Shown here: one piece after another, positions 1 to 8,258 of the stretch | Position numbering within the stretch: the first letter of the stretch is position 1 | Layout: each line of letters starts with the position of its first letter | Origin: a virus | IMG/VR virus record: IMGVR_UViG_3300033181_000231 | Reading direction: 5' to 3' (one strand) | DNA length: 64,000 nt | Notes under the pieces: generated by a model | Databases searched by the model: none | The model's input: the letters and a program-made list of their open reading frames with translations, nothing else | Told to the model about the DNA's origin: nothing | Position numbers and translations under genes: made by a program

Positions 1-1194
1 CTCGACGGTGGCCGCACGGCGGCGCAACTGGACGGTCCCGGCAATTCGCCCACGACCGACGCGGCGGGCCGTTTCACATGGACGGGCAATGTGCCGCCGA
101 ATAGCAACAGCGACCCCGGCACGCGCACCGTCTCGGCGCACGAACAACAGGGCATCCTGGGCAGCGCCGAGGGGCCGACGCTTGCCAGCCACACCCTGAC
201 CATTGAAGCGGCTCCGGCCGCCGTCTGCAAGCCCGGACAGATCGACTTCCTGGGCGGCTGTCACGATACCTCCGGCTGGTGGGCGGGCCTCGTGGCCGGA
301 TTGGGCCAGTGGTGGAGCGGTCTCTTCTCGGACGGCCGCGACGGCCTCGTGACGCGCGTGCTCAATGTCGTGCTCTATGTGGACGATCCAACCACGCACG
401 ACACGCCGGTCATCGTCGGCCTGCTGGCGACGTTCAAGGCCATCGGCACGGGCGCGATCGGCATCCTCATCGCGGCGCGCGCCTTCACGATCGTCCTCGG
501 TTTATTCACGCGGGCGGCGGGGGCGGGGCCGTGGCTCACGTTGGTCTTGGAGATGGTGGGCGTCTTTGTCGCGGTGGCGGCGCTGACGCCCGTTGAGCAC
601 GCCGTGTGGGGCTGGGTTGGGCGTTTCATCGCCGGGAGCGACGCGCACGCGCTCACGCCGCTCCTTGACGCCGTGAAACGGCTGACGTTGGTAGGAGCCC
701 CCGACTCCAAGAGTCTCGGCGTGACGCTGGAGGGGATCGCGGGGCTCGTGCTGCTGATCGCGCTCGTGCCGGTGTTCGTGCTGATTGAACTGACGCGCCT
801 GGGCGGCTATATTCTGCTTGAGGCGCTGTACGTCCTGGGCCCGCTGGTCGTGCCGCTCCTCTTGCTGCGGGAGACGCGCGGCGTGACGCTGTGGTGGTTG
901 CGCTCGACGCTGGCGATCACGGCGTGGCCCATCCTGTACCTGTTGCTGATCGAGGGCGGCGTGGCGCTTGTCACGTCGTTCAGCGGCGACGCGAGCGTGT
1001 TCGGGGACACCGTTGTGCGTGTGGGGTTGGGCGTGGCCCTGGTGGCGGCGCTCCTGAGCGTGCCGGAACTGGCAGGGCAGGCGACGGCGCGGGTCGTGGC
1101 GGGCGCGGGCGGGATCGTCGACGCGGGGCGGTCGGCGCCATTGGCTCCGGCGCGGCGGGCCCAGGCGTGGCTGCGCGAGAAGCTGCCGGGGTAA
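1..1194 (+). CDS. VirB6/TrbL-like polytopic membrane protein of a conjugation (T4SS) system, 5'-truncated by the window
   Basis: Frame is open from base 1 (LDGGRTAAQLDG...). About 6 hydrophobic segments in the C-terminal 250 aa, including 'ELTRLGGYILLEALYVLGPLVVPLLLLRETR...WW', typical of Gram-positive VirB6-like proteins. Confidence 0.6.
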   Translation, partial: LDGGRTAAQLDGPGNSPTTDAAGRFTWTGNVPPNSNSDPGTRTVSAHEQQGILGSAEGPTLASHTLTIEAAPAAVCKPGQIDFLGGCHDTSGWWAGLVAGLGQWWSGLFSDGRDGLVTRVLNVVLYVDDPTTHDTPVIVGLLATFKAIGTGAIGILIAARAFTIVLGLFTRAAGAGPWLTLVLEMVGVFVAVAALTPVEHAVWGWVGRFIAGSDAHALTPLLDAVKRLTLVGAPDSKSLGVTLEGIAGLVLLIALVPVFVLIELTRLGGYILLEALYVLGPLVVPLLLLRETRGVTLWWLRSTLAITAWPILYLLLIEGGVALVTSFSGDASVFGDTVVRVGLGVALVAALLSVPELAGQATARVVAGAGGIVDAGRSAPLAPARRAQAWLREKLPG

Positions 1195-1272
1195 GGGAGG
1201 GCAATCGCCGTGTGTTATAGGCGCGTTCCGTGTCGGTGTCCCGTGGAGGTAGGTCCATGTACGCATGACTGG

Positions 1273-1533
1273 ATGGTGGTTACCAACGACTTTCGGCGCG
1301 TTCTCTTATTGCCTGAAATCGAGAAAGCGCAGGCTATACCACGCCACGCTGAGTTGGCCGCCTACGATGACATTCTTCCTGGCACGTCGGAGCGATTCCG
1401 TGAGGCGGCATGGGCCGAGATGCGTCACCGCGTCAGCATGGGAGATCGCGTCGATGGGCGACAGATAGAGCATAAGCGGGCGTGGTGGCATCGGCTTTTA
1501 CGGCAACAAGAGGGGATGGGACATGGAGACTGA
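1273..1533 (+). CDS. Small protein with a DUF2335-like motif
   Basis: 'ELAAYDDILPGTSERFREAAWAEMRHR' resembles the DUF2335 core (L..YE.ILPG.AERI...AE.E..HR). Start codon uncertain. Confidence 0.4.
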   Translation: MVVTNDFRRVLLLPEIEKAQAIPRHAELAAYDDILPGTSERFREAAWAEMRHRVSMGDRVDGRQIEHKRAWWHRLLRQQEGMGHGD

Positions 1534-1897
1534 GATACAGACGACGCGACACAGATACCTGCGCTGGTTCTTGCCGCTGGCCTTATTTAGGGCAGTGGGC
1601 GATGGTTGGCGGTCCGTGCGCGAGGCCCTGGAGCGGGTGGGCCTGGACCGTCAGGGGCGGGCCGCGCTGCTGTGCGCGCTGGTGGCCTGCGTCCTGGGCG
1701 CGACCCTGCTGCGCGCCACGGCGCTCTATGGCCCCGCCGTCGTCATAGGGGCGCTGGTGGTGGGTATGATGCTGGCATGGCGCATGGTGCGGCGTGACCT
1801 CGCCGAGATGGCGACCCCCGTACGCGAAGAGAGAGAGGCGGTGCGGGGGGCCGAGGCGCTGCTGCGGCGGGCACGGGAGGAGACGCGGCGGGGATAA
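1523..1897 (+). CDS. Hypothetical membrane protein (2 TM)
   Basis: ATG overlaps the upstream gene and is preceded by GAGGGG. Two hydrophobic helices. Confidence 0.6.
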   Translation: METEIQTTRHRYLRWFLPLALFRAVGDGWRSVREALERVGLDRQGRAALLCALVACVLGATLLRATALYGPAVVIGALVVGMMLAWRMVRRDLAEMATPVREEREAVRGAEALLRRAREETRRG

Positions 1898-1898
1898 T

Positions 1899-1928
1899 TT
1901 GACGCATGCCGCATGGATCTGCTATAGT
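1899..1928 (+). promoter_or_regulatory. Sigma70-type promoter TTGACG-18-TATAGT
   Basis: Near-consensus hexamers at 1899-1904 and 1923-1928. Confidence 0.5.
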
Positions 1929-1978
1929 CGCAGTGGATTACCGCGTCTCATCCCAGCGACACCCCGGCTACCGACGAC

Positions 1979-2015
1979 AACCCCGCTCTCCCGTCAGGGA
2001 TGGAGCGGGGTTTTT
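1979..2015 (+). terminator. Intrinsic terminator
   Basis: AACCCCGCTC...GAGCGGGGTT stem followed by a T-run. Confidence 0.65.
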
Positions 2016-2117
2016 GCGTGCGCGGGATGACGCGCCCGTCTCCCTCTGTTTCCCTCCTTCCCTGACACTTCGCTGTGTCCCTCCCACGGCGGGGTGTCGT
2101 CGTCTCTATGTGGCTAT

Positions 2118-2636
2118 CTATGAACTAGGCCGGCCGCGCTCGATCGTGGCGAGGGCGAGTCCGAGCATGACCGGGTTGCCGATGGGCCGGTCGCCGCGCT
2201 CCCACACGGCGATGGTGTTCGCTTCGACGCCGAGGACGCGCGCCAGGGCGCCTTGCGACAGCCCGAGTGCGTCGCGCCGTCGGCGCAGCGCCGCGCCGTC
2301 GAGGTAGGCTTCGTCGGGCCGGCCCGCGTCGCCTGGAATCGGGTGGGCCGGCGCGCCGCGTTCACGGAGCGTGCGGGCGCTGTACCGGGGGCCGCCGCGA
2401 TAGGGGGCGCGCGTCGGGTGGCCATCGTGGGGCAGGTCGCACAGGCGCCAGCTTGTTCTGTCGGGGTCGCGCCGTCCGGGCGCCGCGTTCGGACGTTCCG
2501 CGCCGATTACTTCCAGGCTGAACAGCGGCGCGGCGATGCCGCGCGGGGTGACCTTTCCCACGACGTAATGGCCCTTGCGCTCACGGTCGTACACCACATC
2601 GCCCGGCTGGATACGGGACGCCTCGTCTTCGGTCAT
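2118..2636 (-). CDS. Protein with C-terminal XRE/Cro-type HTH
   Basis: 'LRRRRDALGLSQGALARVLGVEANTIAVWERG' is a classic HTH_3 motif. Confidence 0.8.
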   Translation of the reverse strand: MTEDEASRIQPGDVVYDRERKGHYVVGKVTPRGIAAPLFSLEVIGAERPNAAPGRRDPDRTSWRLCDLPHDGHPTRAPYRGGPRYSARTLRERGAPAHPIPGDAGRPDEAYLDGAALRRRRDALGLSQGALARVLGVEANTIAVWERGDRPIGNPVMLGLALATIERGRPSS

Positions 2637-2673
2637 CGGTCATTCCCCCTTTGCCCTATTCTTGTCGCGCCGT

Positions 2674-3105
2674 CTAGTTATTGGCGTCGTCGTAGCAGTC
2701 GCCGCACACCGCGCCGCGCGCGGAGGTCATGAGCAACGCGGGGCGCGTCGCCGCGCCGCACACGGCGCACGGGCGTGTCGCAAGCGGGGCCGTGGCCTCG
2801 CGCTCCGTGAGAGCACGGTACGCTGCGGCCCGCTCGGCCATGACCGCAGCGCCTCGTCGTCCGGCCAGCGTCATGGCGACCCACCAGGGTGTGTCGTCGT
2901 CATACGTGGCGGGGCTGGTTGCCATCTGGTGGCAGAATGCGTCGGGGTAGGACGCTACCCCAAGCGCGTCGGCGACACGTGTATACGTGTCTCGCGTCGG
3001 GGCGTCGCCCACGATGAGCGTGACTGCCGCCGCCGCGGCGCGCGCATGACCCGCCATGTTCACACCGCTTGTGTCGATCGTCTCGTTCGTTCCGTCCATG
3101 TCCAT
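2674..3105 (-). CDS. Hypothetical phage protein with C-terminal CxxC...CxxC zinc finger
   Basis: RBS AGGGGAAGGA before ATG 3105. CAVC...CGDC motif. Confidence 0.6.
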   Translation of the reverse strand: MDMDGTNETIDTSGVNMAGHARAAAAAVTLIVGDAPTRDTYTRVADALGVASYPDAFCHQMATSPATYDDDTPWWVAMTLAGRRGAAVMAERAAAYRALTEREATAPLATRPCAVCGAATRPALLMTSARGAVCGDCYDDANN

Positions 3106-3137
3106 TGTCCTTCCCCTTCCTATGCGCCGAGGGCGCA

Positions 3138-3497
3138 TTACCGGATTTTTCGTCCACTCTTTTCGTACACCAGATCTGCCGCAAACCCATGCCCGTATTT
3201 GGCTTCCAGCGCCTTGACGCCACGCCGGCCGTTGGCTGACCGCGCCTTGCTGAGGGCCCGCGCCTGGAGGTCCTCGCCCCACAGGGCGGCGGGGTCCATC
3301 GTGACACGGTAGCGGGCCGCGAGATCCTCGCACAGCGCCACGTGTGCCGTGACCTCCTCCAGCGTGGCGGCGCACTGGCTGGCTTGGAGGCCCCGCAGCG
3401 TCATGCCCATCTTGGCCCACTTCGCGCCCGTCTCCTGCCATCCGTCGAACAACCGGCGCGCCGTCGCCGCCGTCCGTGCGTTCGTCGTGCTTTCCAT
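3138..3497 (-). CDS. Hypothetical phage protein
   Basis: GGGAGGA RBS before ATG 3497. Same orientation as the operon. Confidence 0.55.
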   Translation of the reverse strand: MESTTNARTAATARRLFDGWQETGAKWAKMGMTLRGLQASQCAATLEEVTAHVALCEDLAARYRVTMDPAALWGEDLQARALSKARSANGRRGVKALEAKYGHGFAADLVYEKSGRKIR

Positions 3498-3595
3498 CGT
3501 CGCGTCCTCCCAACTCGTCGCCATCTCTATATCATTAATATAGCACATGTGCGTGCGGAAATCAAGGGCAAAACAAGGTTTACGGGGGTAGGACG

Positions 3596-3967
3596 CTAGA
3601 TGGCATGCGCGCGGTCGTTGATGCGCCCGTGCGCGTAGCTAGGCGCGATCGGCGCGTTGGTGAGGGTGTGGCTGTCCACGCGGTATGCGCGGATGTAGCC
3701 CCGCTCGGCGTCGTCCGCGACGCCCGCCGGCACGATGTCGATGAGGCGAATGGACGGCTCGTATCCTGCGACCACTAGGTCGCGCATCCATCTGCTGTAA
3801 ACCGATGGGCCGCCACGTATCCCCGCGCGAACCGCAGAGCGAGCGGCAGATAGATGGTTCGCCAGACGTGTCCGGAGGGTGCAGCCCGTCTGTCCGATGT
3901 AGCGCACCGCACCTGTCCGTGGATCAACTAACGCGTAGATATGCACGAGCGTGGAGGGATCACGCAT
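3596..3967 (-). CDS. GIY-YIG nuclease-family protein
   Basis: 'HIYALVDPRTGAVRYIGQT...RLANHL' and 'AERGYIRAY...LTN'. Start overlaps the upstream stop (ATGCGTGA). Confidence 0.8.
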   Translation of the reverse strand: MRDPSTLVHIYALVDPRTGAVRYIGQTGCTLRTRLANHLSAARSAVRAGIRGGPSVYSRWMRDLVVAGYEPSIRLIDIVPAGVADDAERGYIRAYRVDSHTLTNAPIAPSYAHGRINDRAHAI

Positions 3968-4205
3968 GGCCGTTTTCCCCTGGGGCGTGGCCCGCGTCCC
4001 GACGCGGTTTCGGCCCCCGCTTCCGGCGTGTGAAGCGCTCAACGTCCTCGACGGGGACGAACAAATCGCGCCCGCGCTTCACACAACGCAGGCGACCTTC
4101 CGCGATAAGATGCCGTACGCGCGCCGCGTTCGCGTACCCCAGGCGCTCGGCCACCTCGGCCGTGGTTAGCAAATCGTCCTCTATCGTCCCGTTCGTCGCA
4201 TCCAT
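3960..4205 (-). CDS. Excisionase-like (HTH_17) DNA-binding protein
   Basis: 'LLTTAEVAERLG...VRHLIAEGRLRCVKRGRDLFVPVEDVERF'. Confidence 0.8.
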   Translation of the reverse strand: MDATNGTIEDDLLTTAEVAERLGYANAARVRHLIAEGRLRCVKRGRDLFVPVEDVERFTRRKRGPKPRRDAGHAPGENGHA

Positions 4206-4251
4206 CCATTTGTTCCTCCGTCCTTATTATAGCACCTTAGCGTGCTGAATT

Positions 4252-4280
4252 ATCATATATCAATGATATATAGATGTCAA
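4252..4280 (-). promoter_or_regulatory. Leftward promoter TTGACA-17-TATGAT with an operator-like palindrome (ATATCA-A-TGATAT) in the spacer
   Basis: AT-rich island. -35 at 4280-4275, -10 at 4257-4252. Confidence 0.75.
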
Positions 4281-4552
4281 GGGGTTTTGGATTTTGCTCC
4301 GGCTATGTGTGGACGAGGATACGCTCGGCTGCCGTGGTGACGGTGGCCTCACCACGCGCACCGGCCGCCACGCCAGGACGGCGCGGCGATCGGTCGGCGT
4401 CGGGACCTGCCGCGCGAACGCCCGCCACATGCATGGCCGGGCCGCCCCGCTGTCCCGCGCCGCGTTGGGACAAGCGCTCCGTTCGATCAGCGAACATTTT
4501 GTATACTCAGTAGCATATGCACACGTAGCCCGTGGCGAGGAGCGCGTTGTCT

Positions 4553-5197
4553 ATGCCTGACCACCCCACCCCGGAGGCTGTCACTCCCTCCGATGATACG
4601 CCGCTGACCGAGCAAGAACAGCGCGACGCCACTGGACTTCCTGGCACGTTTGTCCAACGTGACAGCACCGATCTCTACATTGATAAAGGGCCGAAGGGCG
4701 GCGACGTGCTCGTGCCTCCGCGCCAGAACGCGCCCCTCTTGTACGACACGACGGGGCGGCCGGAGTTGTCGAACGGCATGAAACGTCTCTTACGCGCCCT
4801 GCTGCCCCCCGAGGTGCAGGCGGAGTTGGCCGCGCTCACGGGCGTCAACGTGACGATCCCCCGTGAGACCGCCATCGTGCGCGCCGTGAAGCGGGCCATT
4901 GAACGGTACAAGGACCGTGATAAACAGGCGTGGGATATCACCTGCGCGCGCGTGTTGGACGGGCGATCATGGGCACAGGTATCGACAGAGTTTAAGGTCA
5001 GCATCGTGGTGGCGCGTCAAGCGGTCGAACGCTGTGCCGCCTACCTATCGGGTGCGGTGGAGCATGCCGTTGATGATGTAGCGGCTGACGCGGTAGAGGT
5101 ACGCGTGTTGGATCGCATCGTGCCCGACACGCGGGACGATGAAGAAGTGGATATGCATCGTTTGGCTATGCTGGATGCGATTTTCCCACGACCGTAA
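4553..5197 (+). CDS. Putative late transcription regulator (C-terminal sigma70 region 4-like HTH)
   Basis: 'AWDITCARVLDGRSWAQVSTEFKVSIVVARQAVERC' resembles an ArpU/RinA/sigma-r4 HTH. Lies upstream of the terminase genes. Confidence 0.5.
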   Translation: MPDHPTPEAVTPSDDTPLTEQEQRDATGLPGTFVQRDSTDLYIDKGPKGGDVLVPPRQNAPLLYDTTGRPELSNGMKRLLRALLPPEVQAELAALTGVNVTIPRETAIVRAVKRAIERYKDRDKQAWDITCARVLDGRSWAQVSTEFKVSIVVARQAVERCAAYLSGAVEHAVDDVAADAVEVRVLDRIVPDTRDDEEVDMHRLAMLDAIFPRP

Positions 5198-5268
5198 ATA
5201 GTGCTTGACATGCCCCCTGCGGCAGGGGAGACTAGAACTATAGAGGTGCGCCTATCATGGGGCGCGAC

Positions 5269-5307
5269 GCGGCCGGTGACGCCAGATGGCGCCCCGGCCG
5301 CTTTTTT
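5269..5307 (+). terminator. Intrinsic terminator shortly after a putative late promoter
   Basis: GCGGCCGG...CCGGCCGC stem plus TTTTTT. Confidence 0.6.
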
Positions 5308-5339
5308 GTGTGCGTTGCTCCCCACGGAGGCCGGACGCC

Positions 5340-5630
5340 ATGAAGCGGATGCCCCAGGACGCCTACGCCGACCTCATGGAAAGCGTTATTGCTCAGGCCG
5401 CGCAAGATCTCAGCGTCGGGTGTACGTGTCGCCCTCCGGGGCAACGTATGGGCCATCGCCCCTGCGTGCGCCATCGTGCCGCCCGCGAGGTGTTGGACGG
5501 CGGCGTCGGTCCCTGGATCACGCTCTTATGCGGGGACGCCGACTTGAGCGCGACGTGGGAACGGCGGCTACGGAGTATGGCCGTGGGCGCGACCGTCTCG
5601 GATGGCGCGGGGATGGCGGTAGCGTCATGA
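5340..5630 (+). CDS. Hypothetical phage protein
   Basis: GGAGG upstream. ATGA overlap with the next gene. Confidence 0.5.
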   Translation: MKRMPQDAYADLMESVIAQAAQDLSVGCTCRPPGQRMGHRPCVRHRAAREVLDGGVGPWITLLCGDADLSATWERRLRSMAVGATVSDGAGMAVAS

Positions 5631-5920
5631 CGCTGAAGGCGGCGGCGGTGCGCCATCCGTACTACCATGACAAACCGCCAGCCTACTGGGGTGACCCCGC
5701 GGACCTCGACCTCATGGCGGGTGTGTCTATCGCGGGGTACGACCGCACTGCGGCGCATCGGGCGACGGTGCGCGCGGCCAACCAACAGCGGCAGGAGCGC
5801 GAGCGGCGCCAGCGGGCGGCCGTGGTGGCGCTGGTGGACGCGGCTGTCGTCGTGGGTGATATGGACACGGGTGGCGACGTGGATCTAGACGGAGGCGTGT
5901 CGGGTCATGACGCGCGCTGA
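5627..5920 (+). CDS. Hypothetical phage protein
   Basis: Translationally coupled (ATGA) to the upstream ORF. Confidence 0.45.
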   Translation: MTLKAAAVRHPYYHDKPPAYWGDPADLDLMAGVSIAGYDRTAAHRATVRAANQQRQERERRQRAAVVALVDAAVVVGDMDTGGDVDLDGGVSGHDAR

Positions 5921-6167
5921 ACGACGCCACCACGCCGAACGCGTCAAGCGTCGGGTGCGCGGCTACTTTGTGTGCGAGACAAACGGAGATGGCCCGGATG
6001 GCCGGAAGCGTCCCACGACCGACCGTGCGTGGATTGGGCGGAGGGCGCGCACCCCGCATCCGTGTTCGTGCGCGGGCTGCGCGAATCCACGCCGGTCGCG
6101 CTTAGGCAAGCTGAAGGATCGGCTCACGATTCAGGAGCGGCGCGCCGCGTTGCCCGAGGGTGAGTGA
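5907..6167 (+). CDS. Small basic Cys-containing phage protein
   Basis: GGAGG RBS. 'RRARTPHPCSCAGCANPRR' motif. Confidence 0.6.
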   Translation: MTRAERRHHAERVKRRVRGYFVCETNGDGPDGRKRPTTDRAWIGRRARTPHPCSCAGCANPRRSRLGKLKDRLTIQERRAALPEGE

Positions 6168-6302
6168 CGAAGGTGGTTGGTGGTCGGGCGGGAACACCCT
6201 TGTGACGGGGGCTGCGATGCCCACCACCCGACCTAGAACGAACGCGCGGTAGAGGGCGAACGCTATAGAGCGAACGCGTCTGGTGGATGCGGGGGCGAAC
6301 CG

Positions 6303-6815
6303 ATGGCGAGAGCACGTGCAACGCAAGCGCCAGGAGTGCTTGAAGCCGCGGTTGAGCTAGAGCAGAAGGTATGGGAACTGCGTTTAAGCGGCATGAGCCT
6401 GCACACGATCGCGGCCCACCTCAAGATCAGTTCATCAACCGCGCACAAGCATTGGCATCGCCGTTTAAACGCCGCACGTAAAGCGGGCGAGGGCAAGGCT
6501 ATTGACCACGTCACGCTTGAGAATGAGCGATATGACGATTGGCTCAACGCCCTGACGCCGTTCCTTATGGCGGGTAGCCCCGCGCATATGGCGGTTGCGG
6601 TTGCCATCTCGAAAGAGCGACGCAAGCTCAATGGATGGGATGCCCCGTCGCGTATTCAGCACGAAGGCAAGGACGGCGGCCCCATCGTCGTCCAGCAAAA
6701 GCGGGACCTGTCGGCGCTGACCAGTGAGGACTTAGACGACCTTGAGCGCATCCACACACGCCTTGCTGGACGTGCCGAGCCCGGAGGAAATTCGGGCGGA
6801 GAGGGCGCGTCGTAG
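6303..6815 (+). CDS. terS: Terminase small subunit (HTH type)
   Basis: N-terminal HTH (VWELRLSGMSLHTIAAHLKISSSTA), 'ERRKLNGWDAP..IQHEGKDGGPI', directly before TerL. Confidence 0.7.
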   Translation: MARARATQAPGVLEAAVELEQKVWELRLSGMSLHTIAAHLKISSSTAHKHWHRRLNAARKAGEGKAIDHVTLENERYDDWLNALTPFLMAGSPAHMAVAVAISKERRKLNGWDAPSRIQHEGKDGGPIVVQQKRDLSALTSEDLDDLERIHTRLAGRAEPGGNSGGEGAS

Positions 6816-8232
6816 TCTCTACGCGTTCATGCGGCAGGCGTGGCACGTCGTTGAACCCGTGCGCCCGTTCGTGGACGCGTGGCACCTACAGGCCATCGCG
6901 GAGCACCTGGAAGCGGTCACGCGCGGCGAGATCCGTAACCTCGTCATCAACATCGCGCCGGGCATGGCGAAGTCGCTGACCGTCTCGGTCTTCTGGCCGG
7001 TATGGGAGTGGATCGCGCACCCTGAGCGGCGCTGGCTCTACAGTTCCTACGCCCTGTCCCTCTCCATGCGCGACAGCCTCAAGTGCCGGCGCATCATTGA
7101 GTCGCCGTGGTATCGGGAGCGGTGGGGTGACGTTTTCCAGTTGCGGGATGACCAGAACGCCAAACTGAAGTTCGAGAATGACCGCACGGGCTATCGTCTG
7201 GCGACATCGGTGGGGGGAACCGTCACCGGAGAAAGGGCCGATCGTGTTGTTGTTGATGACCCACACAACCTCCTAGAAGCGGCCAGCGATGTCAAGCGCA
7301 TGGAGGCGATCACATGGTGGGACGAGGCGATGTCCACGCGCCTTAACGACTTCAAGACCGGGGCGCGCGTCATTGTCATGCAGCGCCTGCACGAAGAGGA
7401 CCTGTCGGGGCACGTCCTGGCGCGCGGCGGCTATGACCATCTGTGCTTGCCCACGGAGTACGACCCGTCACGCAACGTGACGACCTCCATCGGCTTCCGT
7501 GACCCGCGCACGGTCGAGGGTGAACTTCTGGCTCCAGCGCTGTTTGGCCCTGAGCAGAACGAACAGCAAAAGAAAGACCTGGGGCCATACGGCTACGCGG
7601 GCCAGCACGGGCAGACCCCGGCGCCGCGCACGGGTGGCATGTTTCAGATGCAGTGGTTCCGGGCCGAACAGGCCGCGCCCGCGTCGTTCGTGGCCGTCGT
7701 GCGCTATTGGGACAAAGCGGGTGCCGCGCCCGGCAAAGGCGACTGGACCGTGGGTGTCCTGATGGGGCGCACCTGGGACGGCTACTACTGGATTTTGGAT
7801 GTTGTCCGGGGGCAGTGGCCCAGCAATGAGCGGAACAGCGTCATCCTCGAGACGGCAAAGGTGGACGCAACGCGCTATCCCGGCATGAAGACGTGGGTGG
7901 AGCAGCCGCCTGGCCTCGGTAAGGAGAGCACCGACGCCGTGGTCCGCCTGCTGGCGGGTTACAACGTGCAGGCTGATCCCGCCCACGGCACAAAAGAGGA
8001 TCGCGCCGAGCCCGTGTCGAGCCAACTGCGCGCGGGCAACGTCCGTATGATTGAAGCGGACTGGAACGGCCCGTACCTCGCGGTCATGTGTCCGTTTCCG
8101 GCTGGGCGCCACGATGACGATGTGGACGCCACGAGCGGCGCGTTTAACAAGCTCGCCGTTGAATCCTACGACCCCAACGCGTTCGGCACGGCGGGCGGCC
8201 GCGCTGAGGTGGACGCCTATCGGGTGTATTAG
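6742..8232 (+). CDS. terL: Terminase large subunit
   Basis: Walker A-like 'NIAPGMAKS', Walker B 'VVVDDPH', 'IVMQRLHEEDL', nuclease 'RYWDKA...DWTVG' and 'HDDDVDA'. Exact start uncertain. Confidence 0.95.
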   Translation: MSASTHALLDVPSPEEIRAERARRSLYAFMRQAWHVVEPVRPFVDAWHLQAIAEHLEAVTRGEIRNLVINIAPGMAKSLTVSVFWPVWEWIAHPERRWLYSSYALSLSMRDSLKCRRIIESPWYRERWGDVFQLRDDQNAKLKFENDRTGYRLATSVGGTVTGERADRVVVDDPHNLLEAASDVKRMEAITWWDEAMSTRLNDFKTGARVIVMQRLHEEDLSGHVLARGGYDHLCLPTEYDPSRNVTTSIGFRDPRTVEGELLAPALFGPEQNEQQKKDLGPYGYAGQHGQTPAPRTGGMFQMQWFRAEQAAPASFVAVVRYWDKAGAAPGKGDWTVGVLMGRTWDGYYWILDVVRGQWPSNERNSVILETAKVDATRYPGMKTWVEQPPGLGKESTDAVVRLLAGYNVQADPAHGTKEDRAEPVSSQLRAGNVRMIEADWNGPYLAVMCPFPAGRHDDDVDATSGAFNKLAVESYDPNAFGTAGGRAEVDAYRVY

Positions 8233-8258
8233 AGCGCGTCGGCGGGATGGAGTGCTGT

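Noticed and set aside
4480-4507. LexA/SOS box upstream of the late regulator (CGAACATTTTGTAT)
   Set aside because: Does not fit GAAC-N4-GTTC: spacing is off by one and the right half is degenerate.
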